A stretch of DNA of 64,000 nt from Takakia lepidozioides (taxonomy: Eukaryota; Plantae; Bryophyta), in NCBI GenBank assembly GCA_030704615.1, contig CM060731.1:88164001-88228000 (forward strand), read 5' to 3'. Both the position numbers and the translations under genes were made by a program. The notes under the pieces are model-generated. The model did not search any database. It had not been told where the DNA came from and saw nothing but the letters and a program-made list of their open reading frames with translations. Shown here in pieces: positions 11,817 to 26,219 of the stretch (the stretch's first letter is position 1; each line of letters begins with the position of its first letter).

Positions 11817-13289
11817 ACTCAGCAGAGAGAACCCAACCATTGGAAGAAGAACAGCCTTCGTAAAAAATAAAAAATGGCATGAGAAGAAAACCAGAGCTCA
11901 CCGCGGGAGGGGACGGGATAGCTAGATCCAATGGAGCCAGGCAGAAGGAGGTGTTATCAGCGTCTGGGATAGGTACTATGGCAAGGTCATCCGCCAAAGC
12001 CGACTTTTCGATGTTGCGAGAATACTTCTACGACGAGCGGAAAGCCTCCAGCAGTAGCATCTCAGCCTCATAGGTGGCCTCCAAAAAATGGCGCCCTGAC
12101 ACACTCCTGAACTCCGCTAGAACAGAACTACCCGAAATCCAATTTTGGGCAACATCACCTGGCTGCAGATCGGAAACATCAGAGAACCTTCGCACCGGCA
12201 AGACTTGAACAAAAAACAACTTTTTGCTAGAATTTTGAAATATTGTCATAATCTCACAATATTTTATGAATTTTTTTTCCTGGCCATTTATTGGCAGATT
12301 TTCACTTGGAAAATGGCCGGCTCCTGTCTTTCTAAGCCCTGGTCTAGCCAACCCAGTTTTGTCTTAGTACCATTGGGCTTTTCGGTTTCCACACATGATA
12401 TGTAATCTAGTTCAGTGGCAGGATTCAATGAGCTTGCTGAAACTCAATCAGTGAATTTCTGGCTTTCTCCCTCCCTTCCTACAGATATAGGTTTTTGCCC
12501 TTAAATTTTCTTACCCTTGGATAGTAAAACCAGGCTACCCACCTAGCATACTACATCCAAAAATGTGAACCTTTCAAACCTGATTCTACCTACCACATAC
12601 ATCCATATACCAAATCATGAAAAATTTCACCACAAAATTTCGAGATTATAGAGTTGTTTTAGGGAATTTAAAGAACCTGTAATCTTAGGTTTGACCATGA
12701 AATTGCACTATCATGGCTGGGCCTTCCACACCCATAGCCAGAACCTATTCTGAGCTATGCAAGCATGCAAGAAATTTCATGCCAAATGACGCCAAGTAAT
12801 AGAAGTGCCCGGGGAGTTGAATGCTCTGACACCCCCGTCAGCGCCCTCACCCCCGGCCCACCCGTCCCTCGCCGAGGCCAGTCCCCCTCCGCGGTCGCTC
12901 GTCCCACCGCAGTGAACTACATCAATACATGAACTGCCACACATGATTGAATGCCCCCCATGCCCGCCATGCATGTTCATACCCATGCATACTCTGAATC
13001 CTATTGAAAGGCATACATGACATGCCAGCGAATACATGCTTACTGACATTCAAAATTTGAAGTTCAAATTGCAAAAAAAGACGGCGAATGTTCCGCCCTC
13101 TGTATGTGCATTGATGTCTTCAATTGGAATCTTTGCTCTTGCGGTTTTGCATTGCATTGCTCTTCATCCATGGCAACCCACACTTCCTTGAGCAGACGAT
13201 GTTGTTCCTCGCTTGGTCGCACAATTGCAAAGCGCCGTTCAAACCCCTTCCGCGGGCCCCTTCACACACCATGTACTATCCTGGAGGGA

Positions 13290-14380
13290 GCAATGGCACG
13301 GAGGTGCGGTTGATTGTAGCACAGCGGAAGTCGCTTTTGTTCCGTGGGATCGGGTAGAAGACTTCATTGCAGGAGAGTTGGAGCACCCAGATGCCCCTTG
13401 TAAATTCATCAAACAGCGGCAATCTGTCACACAAGAAGGTGCCTTGCAGGCACCACAAATGAATAGCTACTTGCAAATGACAAGGTCTGTTTCAATTGCA
13501 CATGGTCATGTATTTCAGGCAGTATGCTTCGTGTTGTGCAACAATGCCAGTGTTTCTACTTACATTCCTCGCCTTGTGGTTTGAAATTTTCTGTTGCAGG
13601 TATCATTGCTCTTATGGCCCTACAGACCATACCATGGCCGTGTTGGAAATCCGAAAGCCTTATGGCCGCAAAAAAGTGGAAGCGACCTCCTTCCAAGAAC
13701 ACCGTGCAAAAGTTATGTACTCCGTCTACGTCGGATGCAGCTCAACTGAAACCAAAACAAAGAAGAATAACAAGGAACAAAGGGGGGGAGGGCATCAAAC
13801 GAGGTTGTACATGTCGATTCATAGTCAAGTAGTGTTATCTTGACCCCAAAATAGCTATGTTGGTTTACTACCAGAAGAACCATGTAAACAGCCATGGCCT
13901 GACTGTTCACGGCCCTTCGTATGACAAATCCCGGCATGCTCTCGCACCTCACCTTAGTGCCGACATGAGAGCGTGGATTCTTCACTAATTATGCCTAGGT
14001 CTGTTAACAAGATATTAATGGCAAACCACACACAAAAAGTCAAAGACATTATGGAAGGTGGTTGGAAGTTACGAGAGATACATTCCTTCCGTTTCATGAT
14101 ATCATAAACATTGCCAACAAATGTGACGAGGAGACATTCAAAAAGCACCCTAACGATGCTAGGAGCGTCCGCATGCGGGTGGCCAAAAACCCAAACCTGG
14201 TGTCTTCTACTACCATGAGGAAGTCAATCACCTGGCGTGGCCAGTCAGCGACCGGAAGCTTGATCTGCCATATGTGTTGGGCATTCAAACTGAATGGCAG
14301 AAAGAACAGATGCTTGACCTCGGCCACGGAAGAATTGTCGCATACGATGCGACCTTCGTGCGGTGCCAATGAAAAGAAGG
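13290..14380 (+). pseudogene. Degenerate N-terminal part of an unrelated plant MULE/SWIM-family transposase
   Basis: Fragments VAFVPWDRVEDFIAGE, YHCSYGPTDH, KRGCTCRFIVK, and LGIQTEWQKEQML..YDATF, broken by stops and frameshifts. Confidence 0.65.
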
Positions 14381-15733
14381 TATGGTGCCACTACATTATC
14401 TCCTTCCCACTGTGATTCCCACTCTGTATGCTATCGGCCTCTTCTCCATGTAAATATTCTACTTCATGACCTGATCGCTGCTTATCCTTCCTCATGGTTA
14501 ATCCTGAACGTAGGTCCATTGTTACGTATTGTGCTTCTCCTTCACGCCTCCACTTCCTAGAGTACTCCCACACTAACATTTGTCTTGTCCACTGATACAA
14601 ACCACTCATTATGCCCGATCGTCGTGGATCCGCAAGATGAGACTCCCCAATTTTGGCTTACAACTTCGTGACCAGAAGTACACATCAAGCCCACCCGCGC
14701 ACCAACCAATGACAATGTTGTCAAACCTTCCCACAAACACACCTTCAATAGCCCCTTGCAGACCCAATGTCCGGTGAAAGACCTCTGAGGACGTCTGAAC
14801 ATGGTTACGACCCATGCTCTCTTCCCACTGTTTTTTGTCGTTGTTCCATGACCACACGTTCAACTTCTCCAACTTCTCCTCTTCCTGATGTAGGTGGATG
14901 TTTACTATGTCATGAGCAGAAACCATGACCATGAGCCATGATCCTGACCGCATGAGCGGTGAGCCGAAGTCTAAGATACGCTGATTTCATGAGCGGACTC
15001 CTCCAAATTTGGAAATGCGGCAGATTAAACAAGTATTAAAATAATAGTTTTTATTTGACCTTGCCGTTTTTGGACGTTCAGATCATGTAATGCGGCGAAG
15101 ATGTCGTCAGTAACAAGTCCGCTCATGGTTTTTAGATCCGCCTCATGGAATAAGTGACCGTGCAACGGGAAATCCAGTATACCACTGCAAAATGATGTCG
15201 CATACTGGCCTTATAGAGTATTCCGCGGTTTTCATGCCTAACATTGGAATGAAGCTGACCCTTTTGCCCGCGATTGAACCATGGAGTCTGCACCAATACA
15301 GTCTGCAGTACTTCACAATTCTGTCTTCTTCGGTATTCGGCGGGAAAGGTTTGCAACTGAACTGGGAAATAATGTGCCCTCATTAGGGTTCGTACGTGCA
15401 AATTTCGGAGCGTTTGGTGTTGGCGAAGCCGCTCTACCAGTACCTACGACGATACTTGGAAATGCGGCGCCCGCATTCCTGGTCGGAGGTCGAATGAGGA
15501 AAGCAGTTTTTCGGAAAGCAGAAAAACATGAAACCCTCTAACATACAAAAATACATGCACGTGGAAGCAAGTGAACGATATAGTAATATCTTAGTCGAGC
15601 AAAACACAGGTTACTGGTAGGCAAGACATATGTCGGACCTTTCTGTGGCCAGAGTCTGAGGTACTGGCAGCAGTACAGTTCTACTATCCGAAAAGGATGG
15701 GGCATACCATTGTATTGGGACCGCAAGCCAAGC

Positions 15734-18700
15734 TCACTGGTCCCATGGATCCATATTCAGAAGAGTGTGAACCTCCTGGGCTCCCCCTGGTGCATGTATG
15801 AAGTGATGAGTTGTGGAATTACAACGGAGTCTCTTTAGGTACACGTAGTACAAATGCTTGCAAGGTCAGTATGAGCCGCCCTTGTTCGCCATGATCTGGA
15901 ATTCGTGCAATTGCAGGTGGGTAATTCTGAAATGGTGATGGTGTACACCTCATTGCGAACGGCTGAGCCGCCGAGGCCATCTGATACACACGCCCCAATC
16001 CTGGTGGGGGCAGATCTGTCGAGCTCTGGATTGTAACAGTTCATCCGAAGTGCATTCCCCATCCTTGTCTCGTTCACTTTTGAGGGAGGTCGCCGCCCTC
16101 TTCGGTTTCCCCCAACGGTGGTGTTGGATGCCTTAGAGCTGTCGTGTCCCATTGTTCTTGCTCTCACAGTGGTCGGTGGTGGAGGCTGTGGAAGCGGAAA
16201 TGGTTCTCTGGGGACGTCAGGCCTCAACCATCCGAAATCCTGCGGCGTAAGGCGTCGGCCTCAACCTGACTCAGATCGCAGAGCCTGGTTCACCACCGCC
16301 ACACCCCGTGGGAGCCTCTGGCATTGTTTTGTATGCGTACTGGTTTCCATACACGCAAGTCATAATGTCGTGCCTGCAGAACCACAACTGGGTGTTGTTG
16401 CCTCGCAAACTTGGCATGGACAAAATCGTCCTGTAAAAGTAGTAGCAGGACAGCCCCATCTGTATTCCCTCCTATCATCTCTAAACAACGTTGCGCGTGT
16501 ATCCACACGAATTGCGGAACCACCTTCCTTGAAACGACGGCTTTTTGCGAGCAATTCTCCACTGTGAGGCAGACACAGTCGTCTCCACAATGGCTTTGGC
16601 CATACTGCATAACAGCGGCGGAATCTGGGCAAAGGGAGCGGTGGGAATTTTTTGCACGAAATCCCCGGTTGAAGGCGACGGCGATCTGAATTTCTTGGGC
16701 TTCCACTGCTGGAGACACATTGTGCGGCAACAGACGGGACCTCGAGGTGCTGTCCGAATGTTCCTGTCGGATCTCCAGGAATCCTCTTTGCACCCGGGTT
16801 CCTCTTCAATCCTCCGCCTGACACGGCGAGTCCGGACGCCCCCTCTAGGTGTTCACCTCTCGTGCAGAGGCGTCCTTTGATCTTCTCTCGCAATGCTGTC
16901 CGCCCATTTCACTGGATTCTTGGACCCCTCGAAGTTGTTCGTACCAACAATTCCTCCCTGTCCGGCCCAAAGCCCCATTGTTTGCCGCTCAGAACTGTAA
17001 TACGTGGCTTGCTGCATGATTGCTCGTCGATGTCCGCCGTTGTGGCCGTCACTACTACGTCCACCAGATGGCGGCAGAAGACGCTCGCCAGGAGGAGTGG
17101 ACCGATTCTGCCATATTCGTGTTCGGCATGTCCGTGTCGGAATCCAAGCACCGCTCCTAGAAGGACACCAACATGGTAGGGACCAATCGAAATGTCCGTA
17201 ACAAAGACAATGAACGAAATTGACAGCAGCCTACCTCCCGCATGTACTGTCCGAACTGTCGATACCGAAAATGCCACCTCCCCACACCACCAACCAGCTG
17301 TGCAATGCTCCCAGATTGGTTTCTCCACTGCACCTGACGTTTTCCACCAAGCCTTGATGATAGCAAACTTAACCTCCGTGTCATCAAATGTGGGTGCATC
17401 CTTCACGCCGACAAAGGACACAGTGTTCAGTCTGGAATGAGCTAGCAACAATTTTTGTAGTGTAGTGGGATAGACTCTGCATCCAATGGAATCCACAGGA
17501 TCTCTTTTCCCTCCATTGGAACAGTTGGGGTCCTCACCGTACCCACGCCGCACCGTTGCCCAGTTGGCCTGAGCGTTGTCTGCCATGAATCCCCTGAAAT
17601 TGGCTCTGGCAATCCCGCCCTTGCCATCTGCTCGTTTATGCCCTCCCAGATGCATCTCGGACTGTGTGTCCTCCCCTTTCATCTCGCAGATTGCAATCGT
17701 CATGAGCTCTTGGAGTGATAGTCTAAACATGCGCACCCATAGTCACCCACTGATGTTTGTAATTCGCTTGATGTGATCAACCATCACCCAAGCATTCGAC
17801 AAGTTTCCAGTTGTCATGCGAGTGACCAAGTCGACTCCACTCCCAGGCCCACACGTCGACATTTTGAAAATGTAACAACGATCGGATTCGCTGCCTTGCC
17901 TGGAAACCTGCTACCTGGATGTAGTCATATCCAGTCATTCGTTTCACCTCCAGGATTGAGTATGTCCGACCCCCTGCCGAACTCCTGCTTGCAAGATACG
18001 ATGTGATTCCGCACATTCGGACTACAAACGTGCGAGACGGACTCCAAGAGGTCACGCATCTCGTCTTCGGTCAAGGGCTCTCGGTCGGAACCATCTTCAG
18101 ACATGATTTTGCCAAGAGCAATCTTGTGGGCTGCCTTCAGCTGAATCTGCTTTGGTCTGGCTCCGGGGCTCAATTTTCACCTCCTCTTTTATGATTGTCG
18201 TGTGCTTCCTGCACAGCCTCACGCATGTTGCCTCTCGCCAAGGGGTGGCAGTGGCCCCAACGTGTAGCAAGCTCTAGTCAAGTCCGGGAGCAAATGGATA
18301 ACGTAATATTGCTTGGCTCTGCACATGGACATGCACGTCAGTGGTTCTTTGCAATGTGCACACTTGAAAGACCCGCAGGAGCTTGGCTGGAGACAATGAA
18401 TGGATGATGCGTTGTGCCAATCCAATCCGTCTCGTTTCTCCGCCCTCCTTTGGAGAGAAAGTGGAAGCAGGTGGGATTGAGGCACCTCAGTTCCCCGCAC
18501 AGAGGACATATTGTACACGAACACCATCAGCAATTTTCGTGCTACTGGTCTTCGTCACACACCAGGGGTGTCCGTCATGCTTTCGATCCATGTCTATTAA
18601 CATCCCGGAGGCTTTGTTTGACGAAGAAACAGGTGGAAACTCGAAGATGACATTGCCATCGACTTCGGGAGGCAGAAAGGTTACCTTTCTGATAGGGAAT

Positions 18701-19310
18701 TTGGCATAGTCGAGAGCAGCCAGCTCGGAGCGAGAAACCATCGAGGTGATGTTGTCGTAGGAGCTGCACAATGGACCGGGTTGGAGTTTGCTCGAGGCAC
18801 ATGCGTCGCACCTACAGAGACGTCCATGCCGGATTTGAACGACCGTGTGGAGGACATGGGTACCTCAATGCAATCATCTTCCTCGTCGGAAATGTCGAAT
18901 ACGTCAACACGAGAAGCTATGGAGGGTCTTGACGGTCCAGGTGGGATGATTATCGTTGCATACCTCTCTGTTGGCAGTGGCCGCCTGTCGGTTTCCGACT
19001 CCTTTGTGGATGGTGTGGGCAGCGACTGATTCGGAAAGGGAATGGGCATTCCCACAGCTCGTACAGGATGTGTCTGATGGGGGAACGGCCATTCGATTCC
19101 GCAACCTCCGTCGTTACCTACACGACAATGGTCTCGTCAACCTGTCCAGGAACATCCTTCCTTTCTTCTTCCAAATAAACTGTGCCCGGTTTGAGCTTGA
19201 ATTTGGAACAAAGGTAAGTTTCAGTCACTCTGCAAAGTCCTCCCTCGTTTGGGATCCAGCGCTCCCAAGTTGCGGAGGACAGCAAACTAAGCGTAGGAAT
19301 TCGGAGCCAT
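15734..19310 (-). pseudogene. GCM-like/DDE/SWIM transposase, copy 2 (many single-base indels)
   Basis: Full span colinear with copies 1 and 3; SWIM-type YTITISELPTCNC...CKH near 15850-15950. Confidence 0.85.
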
Positions 19311-19729
19311 AGAACACCGCACGAATTTGGCAAGTGCGAGGTTCAGTATAGCGACAGACCAAGGCTCACGGGCACCATGCGGAGTCCATCGACGATTGGA
19401 AGTCGCACATTGAAGTGGAAAGTATTGTTTCCAAGCTACATGCATGAAGTTGGGAGTTTTGATTCCATAGCCAGTAAGTATGACAATGATGGCCGATTCG
19501 GCGACGAAATAACATCTCCTGACAGTTTCTCCTGAGGGTGGATCCAGCAGTATTCTCGATGCAGACAGGAACGTTCGCACTGACAAGTGCCATACTGTTA
19601 GTTAAAACAGTCAGACAACCAAGTTGTGCTCATCAAGACTGGCCGCAATTGTGTTGTTTCGGAACAATGCAACCCATTGAGGTTCGAGATTTCCCGTCCC
19701 GAGTGATTCTTTCGATTGCTGGTGGACGG

Positions 19730-21345
19730 AAATAAGGCGCCGCATTTCGGTATTGCTTCTTGGTCATGCCCAGAGCGACGAAATGCGGCACCGAGTTTCC
19801 GTCCGGGGGAAACCTTTATACTCTCCAGAACGGAAATGCGGTAATGCATTTCCATCCAGCAAGAACGGTATGTGCAGGTGGAACAAAAATGCGGTACCGC
19901 ATTTCCGTTCTGATTGAGAATTATGAACAACGGGAACAGAAATGCGGCACCGCATTTCCGTCCGAGTCGCACTTTTCCGACATTCCAGAACGGAAATGCG
20001 GCGCCACATTTCCATTTTGTATCTGATGCATGGAGCTGAGGGATAGAAATGCTGGCAGCACATTTCGTTCGTAAAAGACATTCATACTCTCCAGAACGGA
20101 AATGCGGTAACGCATTTCCATCCAACAAGCACGGTATTTGAAGGTGGAACGGAAATGCGGTACCGCATTTCCGTTCTGATTGAGAATTATGAACAACGGG
20201 AACAGAAATGCGGCACCGCATTTCTGTCCGAGTCGCACTTTCCGACATTCCAGAACGGAAATGCGGCGCCGCATTTCCATTTTGTATCTGATGCATGGAG
20301 CCGAGTGCGATTCCGACTGCTTGAGACAGCGCAATTCCGACCGCTTGAGACATTCATACTATCCAGAACGGAAATGTGGTACCACATTTCCGTTCTGACT
20401 GAAAATCGTGAACCATCGGAACTGAAATGCGGCAGCGCATTTCCATCCGAGTCGCACCTCCCAACATTCCAGAACGGAAATGCGGCACCGCATTTCCGTT
20501 CTGATGAAATATCCTGAAACATCGGAACTGAAATGCATACCGCATTTCCCGTCGAGTCGCACCTTCCGACATTCCAAAACGGAAATGCGGCGCCGCATTT
20601 CCGTTTTGTATGTGAGGCATGGAGCTGTGGAACGAAAATGCGGCACAGCATTTCGCGCCAGCGTTAGACGTTAATACTCTACAGAACGGAAATACGGTAC
20701 CGCATTTCCGTTCTGACTGAAAATCGTGAGCAACGGGAACAGAAATGCGGCACCGCATTTTCCGTCCGAGTCGTACCTTCCGACATTCTAGAACGGAAAT
20801 GCGGCGCCGCATTTCCGTTTTGTATATGGGGCCTGGAGCTGTGGACGGAAATGTGGTGCCGCATTTCCATCCATGTGAGACCTTCAAACTTTCCAGACCG
20901 GAAATGCGGGACCGCATTTCTGTTCAGGTGAGACCTCTATACTTTCCCGAACGGAAATGTGGCACACTGCATTTCCGTTCATCAACTAACGTATGTGAAG
21001 GGGGAACGGAAATGCGGTACCGCATTTCCGTTCACATTGAAAATCATGAACCGCGGGAACTGAAATGTTGTGCCTCATTTCCGTCCGAATCGCACGTTTC
21101 GACATTCCAGAACGGAAATGCGGCGCCGCATTTCCCTTTTGTATCTCATACATGGAGCTGTGGGACGAAATGCGGCACCGTATTTCTGTTCAACAACTAA
21201 GGTATGTGAAGGTGGAACGGAAATGCGGTGCTGCATTTTCTTCCAACAAGTACGGATGTGTAGCTTCGTGATGGTACTTAACGGAAATGCGGAGCCGCAT
21301 TCGCATTTTCACTCCAACTCATCAGTCGCTGGGACGGAAATGCCT
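19730..21345. repeat. Central 53-bp palindrome array, copy 2
   Basis: Same core and spacer types as 3337-4690, with more units. Confidence 0.93.
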
Positions 21346-21740
21346 TGAAATGTGAACACGTGGAGCAACGGAATTGCTGCACATGTTGGCACTCTATCTG
21401 ACTGAAGTGGCATGAGGCGGCGCGGCCTGACCGTTGGATAATGATGTTTGTTTTTCGGACGGCAGACATACCCTGAACGATTCGAATTTCGTAATGACGC
21501 AAAGTCCACGAGGAGACACTTTCGTCCAACCCTTTCGAACCCAAGTGGTGCATCACCGCCGTTTCATCTACTTTTGTCGTGTCTCCTCAGTCACCCCTCT
21601 CGCGCCCTTTCCATCTGCACTCTTTGCTCCTTTTCCCTCTCTCTGTTCTTCTTATGCTCGAACCTGAGAGGGGGGGAGTTCGTGCACCAGACAGGAGACC
21701 TCGTCGCAAGCTCCGGAAATTATACTTTGGACGTAGGCTA

Positions 21741-24700
21741 ATGCCGAAGGGGAGGAAGCAGATGCGTCTACAGGAGGAGATTGCCATCTCGAGCAGCAGC
21801 CACTCAGGCACCCAGCCACCAGTGAGAGCTCCATGCGATCGGGCTGCGCGCAGCTGATCGAGCACCGAACCCCCCATTTTGCTTCTGTAATTCTTAGACT
21901 GAATGCTAGGAGACTTGAATGCAGAACATGTTTGCATGCCTAACAGGAAAGGTGGACGTGCTGGAGGGATTGCAGGAATCCGAAGAGCCGCAGGAAGAGT
22001 CCGAGGAGCTAGCTGCAGCACGTACACCCACCCGATCCCCGAGCGCGGGTATTCCTGCCGGGCCTAGCCCTGTGCAATTCAAAGACGCGGCTTCGAAGGG
22101 CAAGTTCAAAGCCCCAGAGATTGACTCGCGTTCTTCGGTCATGGAGAATCGCCAGCAGGGGTCGGGCCCTTCTCCAGCAAAGTCAAAGAAGAAGAAGCAG
22201 CCCGTCCCTCTACTGGTTTCTGAACCGGCTCAGGCCGATTCACCCCCCCCCAACGCGAATGAAGCAGCAGGGTAAAAGACAGATTCAATTGCAGCAGACA
22301 CCTTCACCTGCAAGGATGAGGAGACAGAAGGCAATCAGGACGACGGCCGAACAATCTCCCGCAAAACCGCTTCCACGAGCTGAAGCTCAGTTCCTGGAGG
22401 ATTTCCCGCCTGCAGATGTTGGGGCCGTCTCTGCTGCAGCGAAGGCAATGGGATCGACCGTTTTTGTCGATTTGGTACCGGAGGAGGGTGCTGCCGCTGA
22501 ACGTTCGCAGCCAGACCTCACCACCGATGAGCAAGCAGGCCCAGAGGAGGCCTCTGCAATGGCAGAATTGCCCGCACACAGGCCCCAGAGTGCAGCTCCA
22601 GTTGAGGATGCTCCAGCTGCTCAGCCACTACCGGCACCTACAGACATGTCTCCGGAGGATTTCAAAAGTGCAGCGGATAAAATGTTGGAGGAGACACACA
22701 GTAGCATTGGCAGAGTTCTGGGCAGCAGGGTATTCCAGCGGACTCTTCGAATCCCACTCTGTCGCATGGTCTCCCTTCCCATCGTCAGGCAGGCCCTTCC
22801 CGGAGATGTGGATAAGCTCAAGTTCGCATTTCGAGAAGGGTACCGTCTGGGATCGGCAGCGTTTTACGTTTCCATTGAGAATGAGGACGGCGAAACTCGT
22901 GGACCCACTGCCGATGAATTGTCAACGTGGGATACCCACTGGCACACTCGCAACGACGAATTCGAGGCGACGCTGAAGGGTGATCCAGACTTCGGCCATA
23001 TGTCTGGTAAAATGTTCTTTGTGTGGGACGGGAATCACCGACTTCTGCGATTGCAAAATTGTCCGCAAAGATTCCCCAGAGTGCAGCTCCAGTTGGGGAT
23101 GCTCCAGCTGCTCAGCCCCTACCGCCACCAGCAGAAATGTCTCCGGAGGAATTCCAAAGTGCAGCGGATACAATGTTGGAGGAGACACATAGTAGCATTG
23201 GCAGAGTTCTGGGCAGCAGGGTATTCCAGCGGACTCTTAAGAACAATGTGGTCTTTTCCACTCGAAGTTTCCGACCCTGCAGTGGATGTGTGGCTCAACC
23301 GCATGACTTGGTGGTTCCAGGTAATTCAAGGTACTTCCCCAGATTTGCTTTTCTGAAATGAATTCCCTGAACTGCTACGTGACAATGCATTTGGGAATCG
23401 CAGGTAATGTCGAATGCGAAGGAGCAAGTCGTAATGCACACAAATTCGTTCGGCTTGTACGTCAAATGGGATGGAACACAGACATTGGAAGACTACGTGA
23501 CACGTTTCAGATGTGCGTACAAGGACAACCTTTTCGCCAGAGAGCTACAGACAGCAAGAAGGAGCGTGGAGTTTACACATCAGGAGGGAGCGGGGAAAGC
23601 TGCAATGCGAATTGTTTACAGGTGAAGCACTACTGCCCTTGTATGCGAAGCTTGGTTACGAGGTTTGTCTCGGAAATGCGGCACCGCATTCGCATTTTAT
23701 GTTTTTGGTGGCACTCTGCGAGTAGGTTCGTCCAATCTTATGCTCACGCATGCTGACTGCCTTGCAGGTATATGAAATACGTGCTCCTTCAGACAGGGGC
23801 CCTAGCTCAAGAGCCCCCGTTCTTCATGGCTTGGACCGTGGCGGGCCCAAGCTGTGTCTACACACCCGAGATGCAGAAACAATGGCATCCTGCGCATCTC
23901 GTTGGATGCCCGTGGTACCTGGACATGTCTTGCGGTATTGTTGACGAGTCTGAGAAAGATCTGCACGCCTTGGCAGAAGAGAGAAGAGAAAGGAAAGACG
24001 TGTCCCTGCTGGGCCAAAGTCGGCAAAGGAATCTGCTGCTCTGGAAGAATCCAGAAAGGCAGCAGAGAAGGCACAAAAGACGGTGGATGCAGCTGTGCAG
24101 GCCCAACAGAAGGGGTCGAAGAAGAGGACTTGCCAGCAAGGAGCAGCTGTTGTGACACCCGCCAAAACGAAGAAGCAGAAACAGCCTGTTCAGGAAGAGG
24201 GTGAGGAAGAGGACTCCGATGGAGACTTTGCAACCAGCCCACCCCCCCAAATGCAGGCTGCCTCCCCTGTGCCCACCGTTGTCACGAGAGGCACGAGAAC
24301 TGGCTCGGCAAAGAAGGCACTCTTCAACCCCCCAGGGGGGCACCCTTTCGAGCCGGTGGAAATGAAGAGGCCGAAAGTGGCTCCCGAAACAGTAGTCCAG
24401 TGTGTAAATGAGAGTTTCTTGGCGGCTTTGGATGGACGGGCAGCCAAGTTGGCATACATGAAGACCATGGAGGGTCTGAAGGGCAGAGCACTGAAGAAGG
24501 CGACTGCCGAAGAGCCTTCCGACACCCCAGGATTTCAGAATATGGTCTCGTTCTTTGAGAGGGTGTGTGCAGACAAGGATTGTAGAGGGGCGGAAATGCC
24601 ACCGAGTGGTCTTGCGATATGATCATCTTGGATATTCCGGACGGAGAGCCTGTGGAAGGACTGCAAGCTTTGCCATCTTGGAACAGGTACTCAGAGGACT

Positions 24701-26082
24701 TTTGGAAGAAAGGATTCGGGCTTGCCCGCATGGTGTTGGACGACAGAGGCTGTGTGGTTGTCCTGGCGAGCAGAGGAAAAAACACTCAGACAGGAATTGC
24801 GAAGTGGACGTGCATCAACACACTGGGCCTTCGGTCGGAAGGGAAGAAGGTGATTACGACACTGGCACTCGTCCATTCGTTTGCTTGGGTGTTTTCAAAT
24901 GCGGTGCCGCATTCGGTTTTTAATCGTTCCCCCCTGTGTATGCAGACGAAGCAGTTCGATGCATACTGCTTTGTGAAGGAGAACTCCACCTTTGCTTTCC
25001 GGAAGGAGGGAGGAAAGGTTGACCCGAACTGCGACCCCCTCGATTACGACGTTCTGTTCAACAACGTTCCCAAGGAACTTCTCCCTCATAGCCTCACTTC
25101 AACGGAACCCCTGCGGTACTCACGGACTCGGAGCCCTGCCTTCATTCAGACAATTATGGAGACATGCACAGACGTGGAGGGCACAGTGCTCGACCTCATC
25201 TGTGGGACAGGTATGCAAAATCTTGATCTATGCTGTTCTGCAAATTCTCGTTAGGATATAGTTCGCAACATCTGAAGCGCCATGTGGTAATGTGTGGATG
25301 GCATTGTAACAGGTGCCTCAATGTGGGCTGGGCGGTTTTCCGACCGGCACCTCTTTGCCTACGAGGAGGATTCATCCGTGTGGGGATCCCATCTGGAAGG
25401 GCTGCAACGGAATGTTAAGGCTCCCAACAGAGCGGAAGTCTCCTCGGATTCGGCGGAGTCCGAGGAAGACACAGTGGACATTGATGCGGAGGAGAACCCG
25501 GAATACGAGTGAGTGCAAACATTGTAAGTTTGCAAAGCCTTCTGGGTCATTTTTGTCAAACGAATTTCCCGACTGTGGTTCTCATTAGTCTCGTTGATGA
25601 TTGTCATGTGCAGGATTGCAGGGTCCGGGTCGAAACATGTAGGGCCTACACTTCCTGCCAGGAAGAATGTCCCGTTCTTTGCGAGGGCCGACTTCATGAC
25701 GAGGCCGGTGAGGGACTACTCCCTTCCTAGTTATGCAGCTAAACTCGCAAATACAGCGATTAGAAGAAGTGAGAATCCCAGTAAAGTAGAGCAGATTTTG
25801 GAGAGGGCTAGGGAGGACAGAAGGATAAGGAAAGAGTTGGCAGCAGCTCAGACAGGTAGACGGGTACGAAAGTACATATGTGATTCAGCGGATGAGAGCG
25901 ACGCAGATAGGGAGGAAGACGACCCAACGGAGGTGAGATGGACAGTTCCGCAAGGGGAAGATGGGATTTTCGAAAGCCTGGCCAACGAGCAGTCCACTGG
26001 AGATGAGAAAGGCACTGAGGGGGTGGAGGCGGAGCAGGACAGTCTAGAACAGGATGAGGATTCGGATGATTTTCAAGATTAA
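21741..26082 (+). pseudogene. ParB-like / beta-class DNA methyltransferase fusion gene, copy 2 (internal deletion with filler DNA)
   Basis: DGNHR at ~23027-23041; CDMIILDIPDG at ~24610-24645; RSPAFIQTIMETCTDVEGTVLDLICGT-G/ASMWAGRFSDRHLFAYEED across an intron; last exon 25614-26082. Confidence 0.8.
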
Positions 26083-26219
26083 TAGAATTTTAATGAAGTC
26101 TCTGTAAATGTAAATTCTCTTCCAGAGTATATAAAGGAAATTCTGCCCGACATTCGTGACCCCTCTCCAGTGTGCATTCCAGCCACACAATCGCCCAAAC
26201 CACGACGCTCCCAAAATCA

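Noticed and set aside
11817-12780. Possible decayed LINE fragment
   Set aside because: No diagnostic RT or endonuclease motif could be read.
14560-14896. Host gene interrupted by copy 2 (continuing at 29410-29700)
   Set aside because: The rejoined flanks are out of frame and show no recognisable motif.
15000-21500. Programmed frameshifting or hypermutation in copy 2
   Set aside because: Scattered single-base indels, often in homopolymers, are better explained by decay or long-read consensus error.
25594-26082. Separate small gene (also 51823-52320)
   Set aside because: It splices in frame (intron 25509-25613) as the last exon of the ParB-MTase gene.
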